Positions 19,486 to 29,610 of a DNA stretch of 64,000 nt are shown here, piece by piece (positions within the stretch are counted from its first letter, which is position 1; every line of letters starts with the position of its first letter). The notes beneath the pieces are model-generated. The model did no database searches and was not told the origin of the DNA. It saw nothing but the letters and a program-made list of their open reading frames with translations. Location: the sequence record NZ_CP027239.1. One strand, given 5' to 3'. Source of the stretch: a plasmid. The position numbers were made by a program, and so were the translations under genes.

Positions 19486-22308
19486 TTAGTCCGCCGTCAA
19501 CTCCTGATACCGCTGGAACAGCACCTCAAGACGCTGCCGCTCCGTCGTGAGCTTGCGGGAAGCACCGAGCGCGACATCAACCTCGCGGTCCAGTCTGTCG
19601 TGCGCTTTCACGAGCTGCGGGTCCATCGCCAACGGGTTGTAGGCATCGGCCAAACTTCGCTCCGGGTGCAGCTCTCGGGCCGCCAGAACGCCCTTTCCGG
19701 CAGCGATGATCTTCGCTCTCTGTTTATCGCTGAGGGCTGGGACCGGGAAGGTGTTCCACGTCAAAGTGTTCGCGAATCGGACTCGCGATTCCAGGCGGCC
19801 ACCGATGGTTTTCTGCCAGGTGATGAACATCGACGAGGACAGCAGAGCAAACTGCAGGCCGTCGAGGTCTTCGACGGTGAAGGTCAGATCGCTGGCGATA
19901 GTCGCAGCGGGAATTGCCGCAGCGAGATAGTAGGGACGAGTCTCACTGGACACTTTGGGCAGGCACAGATGTGGAACGTCGCGGTGGGATCGTTGGCCGA
20001 ACAGATGAGGGGTTGCGGCCATCGCGCGGGTGGACGCGGCCTTGCTCTTCGCGCGGAAAGCCGCGACCGCTTCGAGCCTGCTCTTAAGGAACGGACTGCG
20101 TCCGATGTCTGCGGGGTCTAAGTCCACGAGCCACAGGCACCATCGGGGGAGGCCGTGAAGTAGCTCGCGCGAGCCGATGAACGGGCGAACGTACTGCGCG
20201 GCTACCGGGTCGGCCATCACCTGGTCGTAATCGTCGACCTCGACGATTAGGTTGCCGTCGTCGCGAGCCATGTTGCCGAACACCGCAGGCACGATCTCTG
20301 GAGAAAGTGGTTGGGAGCGCTTGGCGACGAGCACGTTGGGCGCGTCGACGAGATAGGCGTTGATTCCCACGGTGACAGGTAGGGGCTCCGCGGGACCGCT
20401 GGGGGATGAGTAGCCGAACAGGCGTGGCTTAGTGGCGTCGTCTCGGGTGAAACCGACGATCACGCAGTGCACGGCCGCCTTGCCGGGGGCCTGGGAATCC
20501 CAGGCAAAGGTGCGGTGTGCGAATCCGATGCGCCAGCCGGCGGCGAAGATCGGGCCGAACAGCCGGGGAACTTGGTCGCCTTGTGTGATGGAGTTGGTGG
20601 TGACGTAGGCAAACGCCCCGGGCCGGTCGGCGAGTAAGTTGAGCGATTTGGCGTGCCACGCGGTGACGTAGTCCAGGCGACTGATGTCGTTGGTGCCCCA
20701 TGCAGTTCGTAGCTGGTCGGCCTGCTCTGTCGTGCGGGTGGCGTGTCCGAGGAAGGGCGGATTGCCGAAGATGAAGGTCTGACCGGCCGGCTTGGGCAGG
20801 GCTGCGTTCCAGTCCAACTCGAGCGCGTCGCCGTGGACGATGTGAGCCGTGATTCGGATGGGCAGCCGGTCGGGGGCCTGTCCGATTGCTTCAGCGAGAC
20901 GGCGGTTGGCTTGGTGATCGACGAGGAACATCGCGGTTTCGGCGATCTTCGCTGGCCACCAGTTGATCTCGAAAGCGTAGAACCGGTCGATCGTCAGCTT
21001 CTGCTCGAGCGTGGCGTCTAGCGACATGCCGGTCTCGCCGAGCCGGCGTCGGCGCTCGACGATGAGATCGGTCTCGATGTCGCGCAGCTTGTCGTAGGCG
21101 AGCGAGATGAAGTTCCCGCTGCCAGCCGCGGGATCGACGTAGAGGTTGGCCGCGAGCTCGTCCTGCAGTGCGGCGAGCTGCGCCGGGGTGGTGGACTTGT
21201 TGGCGATCAACCGGTCCGCTCGTGACCGGTAGTCATCGAGAAACAGGGGGCCGATGGTCTTGAGGATGTTCTCTTCGCTCGTATAGTGCTCGCCGGCGGT
21301 GCGGCGGGCCTCTCTGGACTTCACGAGCTGGAACATGGCACCGAAGATGGCCGGCGAGATTCGGGTCCACCGGAATCGGCATGCAGCCAGCAGGGCGTCG
21401 CGCATCGCTGGGGTGAAGAAGCTGGCCGGCAGGGTTTCGGCGAACAGTGCACCGTTTACGTACGGGAACCGTGCCAGCAGGTCCGGCAGGTCTCGCCGCC
21501 CGCGGCCGGGTGGGGTGTTGAGGACCTGGAACAAGGTCACCAGCTGGCCGCCCAAAGTATCCGGCCCCGTGGTCTCCTCCACCCACCGGTAGAACAGATC
21601 GGCTTCCCACAGCCCGGCATCGTCCCCGTAGAGCAAGAACAGGATGCGCGTGAGGAAGATCGACGCCTGCTGAATCTCGGCGTCCTCTTCGTCCGGGTCG
21701 GTGGGCGCTTCGTTGGAGACGTCTTCGTCGGCGTCGTCGCCGACCATTGCTGTGTAGAGATCGGCCATCAATTGGGCCGCGTGAATGGAGGCGTGCTCCT
21801 CTTCGCGGCGGGTGATGGTTTCGTGGCCCGCCAGGAACAGCAGGGCGTCCAGGTGGGCCGCAATGTGTGCGACGTCTATCTCGACGCTGGTCCGCTCATC
21901 TCCCAAGCGGTCGACCCGGAGTCGGGCAAAGTCGGTGACCAGCACGTACTTGGGAAACTCGTGCTGACCGATGCTTCCGCCGGACAGGTAGTCGAGGGCT
22001 TGTCGGTGTGCTTTGTCCAGGTCAGCGCCCAGGCTCTTGGCCTCACCGATGAACACTCCAGACTGGAACACGTCGATGTACCCGCTGCGGCCAGTGCTAG
22101 CCCGCACCGCGTCTCGCTCAAACAGATCCAGGCGGGCCGCGTTGATGCCGAAGCAGCCGAGCAAGTCAGACCAGAAGGAGTGCGCGAACGATTTCTCCGT
22201 GTGCGGGGTGTTGTCCTCCCGCCACGTTCGGACGGTAGTGGCCCAGTGGTTGGCGAAGTCGACCAGTCGACGTTTGATCTCGCCCCGGTCCACACCCGTA
22301 GTTGCCAT
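19486..22308 (-). CDS. Type IIL (MmeI-like) single-chain restriction-modification enzyme
   Basis: N-terminal PD-(D/E)xK-like IDVFx9EAK. Central gamma-class N6-adenine MTase motifs DPAAGSGNF (motif I) and GNPPFLG (motif IV). About 940 aa with a C-terminal TRD-sized region, the length expected for MmeI-family enzymes. Confidence 0.6.
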   Translation of the reverse strand: MATTGVDRGEIKRRLVDFANHWATTVRTWREDNTPHTEKSFAHSFWSDLLGCFGINAARLDLFERDAVRASTGRSGYIDVFQSGVFIGEAKSLGADLDKAHRQALDYLSGGSIGQHEFPKYVLVTDFARLRVDRLGDERTSVEIDVAHIAAHLDALLFLAGHETITRREEEHASIHAAQLMADLYTAMVGDDADEDVSNEAPTDPDEEDAEIQQASIFLTRILFLLYGDDAGLWEADLFYRWVEETTGPDTLGGQLVTLFQVLNTPPGRGRRDLPDLLARFPYVNGALFAETLPASFFTPAMRDALLAACRFRWTRISPAIFGAMFQLVKSREARRTAGEHYTSEENILKTIGPLFLDDYRSRADRLIANKSTTPAQLAALQDELAANLYVDPAAGSGNFISLAYDKLRDIETDLIVERRRRLGETGMSLDATLEQKLTIDRFYAFEINWWPAKIAETAMFLVDHQANRRLAEAIGQAPDRLPIRITAHIVHGDALELDWNAALPKPAGQTFIFGNPPFLGHATRTTEQADQLRTAWGTNDISRLDYVTAWHAKSLNLLADRPGAFAYVTTNSITQGDQVPRLFGPIFAAGWRIGFAHRTFAWDSQAPGKAAVHCVIVGFTRDDATKPRLFGYSSPSGPAEPLPVTVGINAYLVDAPNVLVAKRSQPLSPEIVPAVFGNMARDDGNLIVEVDDYDQVMADPVAAQYVRPFIGSRELLHGLPRWCLWLVDLDPADIGRSPFLKSRLEAVAAFRAKSKAASTRAMAATPHLFGQRSHRDVPHLCLPKVSSETRPYYLAAAIPAATIASDLTFTVEDLDGLQFALLSSSMFITWQKTIGGRLESRVRFANTLTWNTFPVPALSDKQRAKIIAAGKGVLAARELHPERSLADAYNPLAMDPQLVKAHDRLDREVDVALGASRKLTTERQRLEVLFQRYQELTAD

Positions 22309-22503
22309 CGACGATCTCCTTGCCGGTCACCTGGTTCCCGCCGATCCTGCCAGTGGGTCGCGCTGTCCAAGCAGGCGGGAGGTCTCGTCTCATTGGGCCT
22401 CTGAGAACCAGGCGCCCGCATCGGGGCGGGTAGTGCTGCACCGGCACGGAGGGGCTGGACACTAGGGGCCATCAACCCGCCCCTCCAGTGAATGGAGCCC
22501 CCG

Positions 22504-23121
22504 ATGAGCCTCCCGCATCTCCCCGGTAACCGATACGTCCTCAATCTGCGCACTTTCCCCGAGGGGGATCTGCAGGTGAACTTCACCTGGCACGACGACG
22601 CGTGCCGGTTCCTGATGGACCAGGCCTTCCTGTACGCCGGGCGCGTGACCTCGTTCCACGCATGTCTGGCTGAGCACACCGATGCCGATTGGCGCCGCAT
22701 CCTGCACGAAGTGCACTGGAAGGCCGACGCCGACGAGCACGGATTGCAGGCGTTCGTGGACGACACGATCCGCGCAGACCTCGCCAGGCAACTGCTGAAC
22801 GGGCTCGACCACGGTCTGATCCGGGCCGGTGTGGCCTCGAAGGTGGTGTACGCCGAGTGGCAATGGGTGGCCACCTGCGACGGCTGCCACCTCGACGACC
22901 TGCCCGCGCTCGTCCGCCTGGCCGACGGTGGCAACCTCACTGACTTCTACGACCTGCTGGATTCCAGCCTCTACGACGTCGCTGATCGCTACTTCGTGCA
23001 GAACCTGTTCGGGCTCTCCACCGACCAGCCGTTGGCAGTTCGCCGTGAACGCAACGGGGCCATCACCACCAGCGCGGACCCCGACTTCGCTTGCGAGCCG
23101 ATACTCAAGGCCACCGCATGA
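22504..23121 (+). CDS. hypothetical protein
   Basis: ATG with GGAG RBS; first gene of a co-directional run of small ORFs. Confidence 0.45.
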   Translation: MSLPHLPGNRYVLNLRTFPEGDLQVNFTWHDDACRFLMDQAFLYAGRVTSFHACLAEHTDADWRRILHEVHWKADADEHGLQAFVDDTIRADLARQLLNGLDHGLIRAGVASKVVYAEWQWVATCDGCHLDDLPALVRLADGGNLTDFYDLLDSSLYDVADRYFVQNLFGLSTDQPLAVRRERNGAITTSADPDFACEPILKATA

Positions 23122-23387
23122 GCCGCCAGCCAGCCACCGTCTCGTCGCTGGTCGCCGACTACGCCCTCTACGGGGTGACCGCCGGGATGGTCCGCGCTCT
23201 CGCAGCGAACATCGCCGTCACCCACGCCGCCCACGTTGACGGTGACCATGACCCGCTCCCGGCTGCCGTCGCGGCGGAGCTGGTCGTCGAACTCAATGCC
23301 CTGGCCTCGGACTTCCAGGCGCAAATTCCTGCGCGGCAGGACGCCTACGCCGCGAACATCCGCCAGTACGGGCACCTGTTCACCTAA
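23118..23387 (+). CDS. hypothetical protein (89 aa)
   Basis: ATGA overlap with the upstream stop. Confidence 0.4.
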   Translation: MSRQPATVSSLVADYALYGVTAGMVRALAANIAVTHAAHVDGDHDPLPAAVAAELVVELNALASDFQAQIPARQDAYAANIRQYGHLFT

Positions 23388-23424
23388 CCGCCACGAGAAC
23401 CCCGCCAGGACGGAGAACCGCCCC

Positions 23425-23628
23425 GTGTTCGACACCCACATATGGCTGATGGACGCCGAGGATGACGTCCGCGCGGCGATCTCCGAAAAGTTCAAGATCA
23501 TCCCGGACGACGAGTACGACGTACCTGCGATCACCCGCGAGGTGTTCGACGACGTCGACGGCGTCCTGTCGCCGAACGCCCTCGCGGAGCACTTCTGGAT
23601 CGTCGCCCGCAAGCACCGCTACACCTGA
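23425..23628 (+). CDS. hypothetical protein (67 aa)
   Basis: GTG with GGAG RBS; acidic small protein; alternative ATG at 23449. Confidence 0.3.
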   Translation: MFDTHIWLMDAEDDVRAAISEKFKIIPDDEYDVPAITREVFDDVDGVLSPNALAEHFWIVARKHRYT

Positions 23629-23819
23629 CAAGGAGCCGTCCCGACCGGGTTGCGGCGCCGGGGAAGTCCGTCGGGTGGCTGTCCGGCCCACGCGGGCGGC
23701 AAGCCGCTGCCAGCGAAGAGTCCCGCCCGCCGCGCGGGCCCGGGGCGCTGCTGCACCGAGCAACCAGGCGGGCACGCTCGCACTCGTCCACCCCGCCTCC
23801 ACGAGCAAGGGAGCAACCG

Positions 23820-24224
23820 ATGAGCCGCACCGTTCGCCGCAGGTTCGCCTACACCGCGCGCGTTCGCACCAAAGTCGGGGGCGCTGGGCACGCGGCCTGG
23901 TCGGCGCGTGTGAGGTTCGAGCGCCGAGAGTGGGGCTCGAGCGTGCGGGAGGTGCAGCGCACCAAGTCGATCGTCGAGTCGTTCGACGAGCTGATCGACC
24001 CCAGCCACCCCGACATGCCCCCCGGCTTCGACCTGGAGACCCCCGAGATCCGCAGCTACATCGAACGGGCCCGCGCGGCCCGCGCCGTGGCCGATGCCGT
24101 CGCCGAGCAGCTGGCGCCCATCCAGGCGCAGTGGAAGGCGCAGACCGCCAGCACCAGCGATTATCCGCTCGACGGCTGGACCCCGGCAGCGTCCCCGCCG
24201 GCCACAACCGACCCCACCGCATGA
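23820..24224 (+). CDS. hypothetical protein
   Basis: Clean ORF in the same orientation as its neighbours. Confidence 0.4.
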   Translation: MSRTVRRRFAYTARVRTKVGGAGHAAWSARVRFERREWGSSVREVQRTKSIVESFDELIDPSHPDMPPGFDLETPEIRSYIERARAARAVADAVAEQLAPIQAQWKAQTASTSDYPLDGWTPAASPPATTDPTA

Positions 24225-24333
24225 CCGGAGGTGCCCGGCGATCGTGCCGCCCACTGCGCAGGCCTCCGTGCTGCACCCCGGACCGCCGCGAGAACACTGA
24301 TCACCACACCGCCACCAGACCGAGGAGCACCCG

Positions 24334-24765
24334 ATGAGCGCCACCCGAACCATCACCGCCGCCGAACTCCGCCCGGGCGACACGTTCGTCAAGGACGATC
24401 AGCGGTTGACCGTCACCGACCAGGTCGCCCCGTCTGACACCTGGGCCGGTTTCACCCGCGTCGGCCTCGACTACGGAGTGCTCTACATCCTCTCCGACGC
24501 GCAGGTCACCGTCGTCGCCAGCACCGACGACGCGTGGGCGGACGTGACAGTCGGCCCCAACGGTTCAGTCGCCGACGAGACCAACGCCCACCACTTCACC
24601 ACCGCCGCCGGGACCCCGATCGCCACCAAGCTGCAGCTGGCCGTTCCCGCCGACCTGACCGCCGAGGACGAGATCGCCGAGTGGGTCGGCCACATCAGCC
24701 AGCGCATCATCACCGCCGGCGGGCCCGGCACCACCTTGACCGTGCACGTCGGAGACGGGCAGTGA
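24334..24765 (+). CDS. hypothetical protein
   Basis: Clean ORF; Thr/Val-rich, beta-rich-looking. Confidence 0.4.
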   Translation: MSATRTITAAELRPGDTFVKDDQRLTVTDQVAPSDTWAGFTRVGLDYGVLYILSDAQVTVVASTDDAWADVTVGPNGSVADETNAHHFTTAAGTPIATKLQLAVPADLTAEDEIAEWVGHISQRIITAGGPGTTLTVHVGDGQ

Positions 24766-25151
24766 CCGCCGCAGACCGGCGCCGGGCGCCGTTCGCCGCG
24801 GTGCGGCCCTGCAAGCACTGCCCGTTTCGCAGCGACATCACCCCGTACCTGAGGCCGGAGCGAGCCCGCGAGATCGCCGATTCTCTCGACCGTGGTGAGG
24901 ACTTTCCCTGCCACCAGACGGTCACGTACGGCGAAGAAGACGGCCTCGAGACCGCTGATACGGGCAATGCCGCCCGCTGCGCCGGCGCCTTGATCATCTG
25001 CGAGAAGACCGACCGTCCCACGCAGGCCATGCGGATCGGTGAACGGCTGGGCCTGTACGACAGGAACGCCCTCGATATGGCCGCCCCGGTCTACGACACC
25101 CTCGCCGACTGGGTGACCGCCCACCAGGCCGCCCGCCACGGTCGGCACTGA
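24762..25151 (+). CDS. hypothetical Cys-containing protein
   Basis: GTG overlapping upstream stop; CKHCPF...C...C pattern suggests a metal-binding domain. Confidence 0.35.
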   Translation: MTAADRRRAPFAAVRPCKHCPFRSDITPYLRPERAREIADSLDRGEDFPCHQTVTYGEEDGLETADTGNAARCAGALIICEKTDRPTQAMRIGERLGLYDRNALDMAAPVYDTLADWVTAHQAARHGRH

Positions 25152-25361
25152 CTCGACCCGCGCTCGCGCCCCCACCAGCACGGGAAGATCCTGGCTGGGT
25201 GCACGGTGGCCTCGGCCCGACGGCGGCCTTGTCTTCCGGTCGGGCTGTCCGGCACGGCATTAGGCAGCCCCCGGGTCACAGCGCCGCACGCTGCTGCAGT
25301 CCCCAACAGGCGCGGGAAGGTGAGGGCATCAACCCACCCCGACCCGCTGAGGGAGCACACC

Positions 25362-25751
25362 ATGGCACTCGAGCCGCTGACCCCGACTGACCGAATCGTC
25401 AACGTCTACCTGAACGTCGCTCGCGACAGCCTGGGGCGACCCGCCGCACTGTTCGACGGGTACAAGGCCGGCGACCCCCTGCGCCACTGCTTCCGGCTCC
25501 CCCTCGTCGGCGCGGAGCTGCGCCTGTCGCCCACTGCGCTCGCGGAGAAGGTGTACCACCTGCTCAACGTCGGTGATGACCCCATGCTCGGTACGCCCGA
25601 CGAGCGGGCGGTGGCTTACCGACTCGCCAACTACCGATCCCTGAGCGTGGGCGACGTTCTCGAGATCGACGGCGAGCATCTGGCCGTGGCTTCCATGGGG
25701 TTCGTCTCCGTCGACGCCCCGGCGCGGGAGGCGATCTCGACGCCGTGGTGA
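25362..25751 (+). CDS. hypothetical protein
   Basis: ATG after GAGGGAG RBS inside ORF 25206..25751. Confidence 0.4.
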   Translation: MALEPLTPTDRIVNVYLNVARDSLGRPAALFDGYKAGDPLRHCFRLPLVGAELRLSPTALAEKVYHLLNVGDDPMLGTPDERAVAYRLANYRSLSVGDVLEIDGEHLAVASMGFVSVDAPAREAISTPW

Positions 25752-26101
25752 CCCAGGTGTGCGGGGCGATCATGGACTGGAAACCGGCCCTGACCCCAGT
25801 CCAGGCACGGCCCGGCAGATAGCAGGGCGCCCGCGAGCCAGGGACGGGCCACCCTGTGGCTGCGCTGTCCACGCTCCACCTCCGAGTCGCCGCCGCACGG
25901 TGGGGGAGGTTCGGGCCAGTTCGACGCGATCCCGTGGTTCGGCCCCGTCCGTTCCAAGGTCCGGCCCGGGTTGACGCCCGCGCGACACGCCGAGGAACCG
26001 CGCGGACCAGCGAAATTGGAAATGCGAAATACTAAATCCCCGGGTCGGGCTCTCCCGCTGCGTAGCGTCACTCTCGCACGCTGCCAGAGGAGGAGTGAGC
26101 G

Positions 26102-26404
26102 ATGGACACCCAGCACACCACCGGTGCTCGAGGAACCACCTCGAAGCGAAGGGTCGGCCGTCCGAGCAAGGGCGTCTACAAGCCGTACAGCATCAAGGCG
26201 CGGATCGACATCGCCAACGAGCTGGAGGCACTGGCCGGCAACGGGATCACTCGTACCGACCTCTTCGAGGCGGCAGCTGCGATGGCCCTCCGTGACAAGG
26301 AGGCGCTACTGGCTGAGGTCGAGGCGCAGCGCGAGATTGCGGCGCGGCACCGGCTGGAGATCGGCCTACCTCCGACGAAGGGGGACCGGAATGTAGCCGC
26401 CTGA
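26102..26404 (+). CDS. small basic DNA-binding protein (AT-hook-like GRPSKG)
   Basis: 100 aa with N-terminal basic/AT-hook-like motif and helical C-terminus; lies directly upstream of the replication gene. Confidence 0.45.
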   Translation: MDTQHTTGARGTTSKRRVGRPSKGVYKPYSIKARIDIANELEALAGNGITRTDLFEAAAAMALRDKEALLAEVEAQREIAARHRLEIGLPPTKGDRNVAA

Positions 26405-26479
26405 ACGCGCCTATTCGACGCCGGTCAGCGCACTGGCCCGACCACCAATCGGGCCGCTCCCAGCTGATCGAACCGAAGT

Positions 26480-26700
26480 CGAAGCACCGCGGCCACCGCG
26501 TTGTTCACCACACAACGTGCGACCCTGCAGGCGAGACGAAGGAAACGGCGACCACCTAGAACTTCCCACTGCAGGCCACCAACCTGCAGAAAAAGAAGAA
26601 CCCGCCCCTGACGGGGACGGGAACTTCAGAAACCAGAAGCGGAAGATTCTCTCGGTTACCAGCCGATCCCGGTTACCAGCCGGGTTCCTCCGAACGCCAT
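26480..26700. repeat. iteron-like repeat region (candidate origin of replication)
   Basis: Direct repeats CGGTTACCAGCCG x2, GAACTTC x2, palindrome CTGCAGGCCACCAACCTGCAG and an A-rich tract; low GC3 shows it is non-coding. Confidence 0.45.
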
Positions 26701-26738
26701 CCAGATCGCTCGTTGCCGACCAAAGCAATGAGGTCCTT

Positions 26739-28700
26739 TTGTCGTACGACGACGACTATACAGCGCTGCCCCCTACCCATCTACCGGACGACACGCCGAG
26801 CAATGCTGGGCTGACCTGGGAAATACTCCGCGATAGCTGGAGCCCTCGGACCCACATCCGGGTCGACCGCGACGGTGACAACGCCGTCTACGTCGACGTG
26901 CCCGCCGGCCGAACCCGCCCGGCGAAGCCGCACGCGCTGTACCTCGCCGACGAACAGCAGCGATTCCGCCTGCTCGGCTTCGACTTCGACGCCCACCGGG
27001 ACGGACTGTTTCCGCAGGTAGATGCCGCAGCCTTGCAGGCAGTCCTCACCGCCGCCCACATCCCGCACCTGGCGTGCGTCTCCGGGCCCGGCGGCGGCGT
27101 CCACGTGTGGGTGCGCCTGTCCGCCCCCACGCCTGCCTCCGCGGTCCGTCGCCTCGCCCGCCAGCTGGACGCCGTCTACCCGTCGTTCGACCCCACCCCG
27201 CTGCTCAACGCCGCCACCGGCTGTCTTCGAGCTCCTGGGTCTCCGCACCGCCGAGGCGGCCACTCCGCCCCACAGGGCAATCCCCGGATCCTGCCCGTGG
27301 CTTTCCCCGATGTCGTGCGAGCCCTGGCTGGTCTGCGCCCCGCTGCGGGCACCTCGGCCGGCAGCCCGCGGGCCGAGCGGCGCCAGCCGATCGACACCAC
27401 CGCCTGGGGCACCCCGCATCTTCGCGGGATCCGGCGGCCGTTGCCGGCGCAGTTCCGCGCTCTCGCCCGCAAACCCGTCGCCCTGGCCGCCGATGCCTCT
27501 GCCATCGGCTGGTCCCTGCTGTTGGCCTGCGCGCACGCCCGTTTCACCCAGGAGGACGTCCACCACGCCGCCTTCGTCGAGCAGTGGCCTGGCCTGGAGT
27601 ACCTGCGCACCGTCCGTCAGGCCGACCATCGCTCTCCCCGGCCCAGGAAGGAGCAGTTTCTCGAGCAGCAGTGGCATCGCGCCGTCGACAGCGCAGCTGC
27701 GATCCCTGCACCACCAGAGGATGCCGGCAGCGCCAAGTGGCAGGCCTCCGCTGAGCGTGTCGCCGCGTTCCAGCAGGAGTGCGACCGCACGCCCAACCGG
27801 TGGCACGGGTGCACCGGCGTCGTCGACAGGCTCCTGCTCGACGCCCTGTGCTGGCACATCGCTCGAGCGGCGACCACAACGGTGCACCTGTCCGAGAGGG
27901 CGTGGGCGCTGACCGCAGGCCTCGACAGATCCACCGTCAACCGTCGCATCAAGACCTTGCTCGCCGAGGGCTGGATCGTGCGCGTCAAGGACGCCGCCGG
28001 ACCGTGGGCGGCGCAGTGGGCGTTAAGAGAAGGGGGCGGGAAATCAGGTAGTGGCCCAAATTCGGTAGAGGTGATCGACTCTCTCGCCGAGAAACTGCGA
28101 TCCGCTCGTCACGACGTCTGGTGCGCCCCCGGCTGGGGCCAGACCGCGTGGGCGGTGTGGCGGGCCATCAGCGATGGCGTCCGCGGGCTCCGCCAGATCC
28201 GCGCCGCGACAGGACTGGGCGTGAGCACCATCGCCAGCAAACTCGCGGCCCTGCGCGGTGCCGGCCTCATCGACCGAACAGGGCGACGCGCCTATAGCGG
28301 CCGCAGTCGTCTGGCCACGGCCGCCGAGCACCTCGGAATCCGTGGCGCCCACGCGGACAAGGAACGCCTATACGCACTGCATAGCGCCACATTCGTGTGG
28401 TGGCTCACCGACCGTCTCCGCGACCAGCTGTCCGGCCCCAGCGACGCCCTGGCCGAGTGGGGCATGTTCCCCGACGACCACGTTGCCGCCAGTACCGACC
28501 CCCGGGACGTTGCGATGGTCTACGGGGCAGTCTCCGCGGGCACACCGCCGCAGGTCACCGCCTGGTCAGCCGCGATGGTTTTGCAGGAACTCCACCGCCA
28601 CCGAGACCCCCGCTACTGGCGCGAGCTCGTCGCCGACGCCCGCACCGCGCTGCCCGCGGCGGAGATGTACGGGCCGGCGGTCCTACATCTGGCTGCCTAG
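26739..28700 (+). CDS. replication protein with bifunctional primase/polymerase (Prim-Pol) domain
   Basis: LLGFDFDAH (DxD) and VSGPGGGVHVWVRL match the Prim-Pol N-terminal signature; C-terminal winged-helix-like region. The true start is uncertain: no ATG lies between 26517 and the catalytic domain, so a TTG at 26739 is proposed. Confidence 0.5.
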   Translation: MSYDDDYTALPPTHLPDDTPSNAGLTWEILRDSWSPRTHIRVDRDGDNAVYVDVPAGRTRPAKPHALYLADEQQRFRLLGFDFDAHRDGLFPQVDAAALQAVLTAAHIPHLACVSGPGGGVHVWVRLSAPTPASAVRRLARQLDAVYPSFDPTPLLNAATGCLRAPGSPHRRGGHSAPQGNPRILPVAFPDVVRALAGLRPAAGTSAGSPRAERRQPIDTTAWGTPHLRGIRRPLPAQFRALARKPVALAADASAIGWSLLLACAHARFTQEDVHHAAFVEQWPGLEYLRTVRQADHRSPRPRKEQFLEQQWHRAVDSAAAIPAPPEDAGSAKWQASAERVAAFQQECDRTPNRWHGCTGVVDRLLLDALCWHIARAATTTVHLSERAWALTAGLDRSTVNRRIKTLLAEGWIVRVKDAAGPWAAQWALREGGGKSGSGPNSVEVIDSLAEKLRSARHDVWCAPGWGQTAWAVWRAISDGVRGLRQIRAATGLGVSTIASKLAALRGAGLIDRTGRRAYSGRSRLATAAEHLGIRGAHADKERLYALHSATFVWWLTDRLRDQLSGPSDALAEWGMFPDDHVAASTDPRDVAMVYGAVSAGTPPQVTAWSAAMVLQELHRHRDPRYWRELVADARTALPAAEMYGPAVLHLAA

Positions 28701-28770
28701 CGGCCTCCTGCCCGCTCTCGCGCACGCGTTTGCACGTAGGTACAATGGACGTGCAAGCAAGGAGGTTCCG

Positions 28771-29610
28771 ATGTCTGAACCAGCGAAGGCTCCCAGTTCC
28801 GCACGCGTCGTAAGCAGGCCTCGCGGTAGACGCCGTGAGAACCCCGAGGGAGCGGCCATCTCGATCGACGATGCCGCCAAGCGGAACTTGAAGCTGCATC
28901 TCGTCGCCGCCTCGGGTGAGACGATCACGGCTTCGGGAAGCTCAGACCTGCTGACGGTGTCGGCCCGCACCTTCAAGCGAAAGGCCCCCACCACAGCACC
29001 CAAGGCCGGGCCACGCGACCAAGTGGCGCAGGCCGTTCTGGACCTCCTGGCCGACGTCGGGATCCCTGCCGAGGAGGGGCCCCGCCTGATTGATCACGTC
29101 CGAGACCTGCTCCGCTCGACCACTTCGTCGCAGTCCACCCCCGTCAGCCAGGCCGACGTGAACTACCTACGTCAGCACGCAGGTCTGGACGACCCGTCGG
29201 TCATCGACGACTGGAACCCCCAGTCCGAAGACCAGCTACGGGCAGAAGTCGCCGTGGCTAACGCCACGACGTTCATGATGGGCACCCTCAGCCGAGAGGA
29301 AGCCGCACAGCTGCTCAACAGGGACGAATCCGTGGTGTCGAGGCGAGTCAGCAACGGGCAACTCCTCGCGGTCTACAGAGATGGGCGCCCGCGCTTCCCG
29401 CGGTGGCAATTCCACAACGGGCAGGCCCTGCCCGGACTGCCCGCGGTGATCGACGCGCTGTCGACGCTGGGCATGGACACCGTGGCCGTAAGTAGCTTCA
29501 TGGTCCGCCCCAACGACGAGCTAGACGGACTACCGCCCGTCGACTACCTCGTCGGCGGAGGCGACCCAGAGGCTGTAGTGGCTCTTCTCGAGAGCATGGC
29601 GCGCAGTTGA
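28771..29610 (+). CDS. putative antitoxin: HTH plus DUF2384-like RES-toxin-binding C-terminal domain
   Basis: AAGGAGG RBS. The C-terminus has an HTH (LSREEAAQLLNRDESVVSRRVSNGQLL) followed by PPVDYLVGGGDPEAVVALLE. It is translationally coupled (ATGA) to the RES gene. Confidence 0.5.
   Translation: MSEPAKAPSSARVVSRPRGRRRENPEGAAISIDDAAKRNLKLHLVAASGETITASGSSDLLTVSARTFKRKAPTTAPKAGPRDQVAQAVLDLLADVGIPAEEGPRLIDHVRDLLRSTTSSQSTPVSQADVNYLRQHAGLDDPSVIDDWNPQSEDQLRAEVAVANATTFMMGTLSREEAAQLLNRDESVVSRRVSNGQLLAVYRDGRPRFPRWQFHNGQALPGLPAVIDALSTLGMDTVAVSSFMVRPNDELDGLPPVDYLVGGGDPEAVVALLESMARS

Noticed and set aside
25981-26030. TTGGAA...TACTAAAT as a sigma70-like promoter for the 26102 gene
   Set aside because: Spacing between the candidate -35 and -10 elements does not fit 16-18 nt. 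The GAAAT x3 repeats may instead be regulator-binding sites; left as unassigned.
26781-27887. 368-aa minus-strand ORF and overlapping + ORFs 27022..27912, 27074..27754
   Set aside because: Lie inside or antisense to the Prim-Pol replication gene, with low-complexity Arg/Pro/Gly translations.
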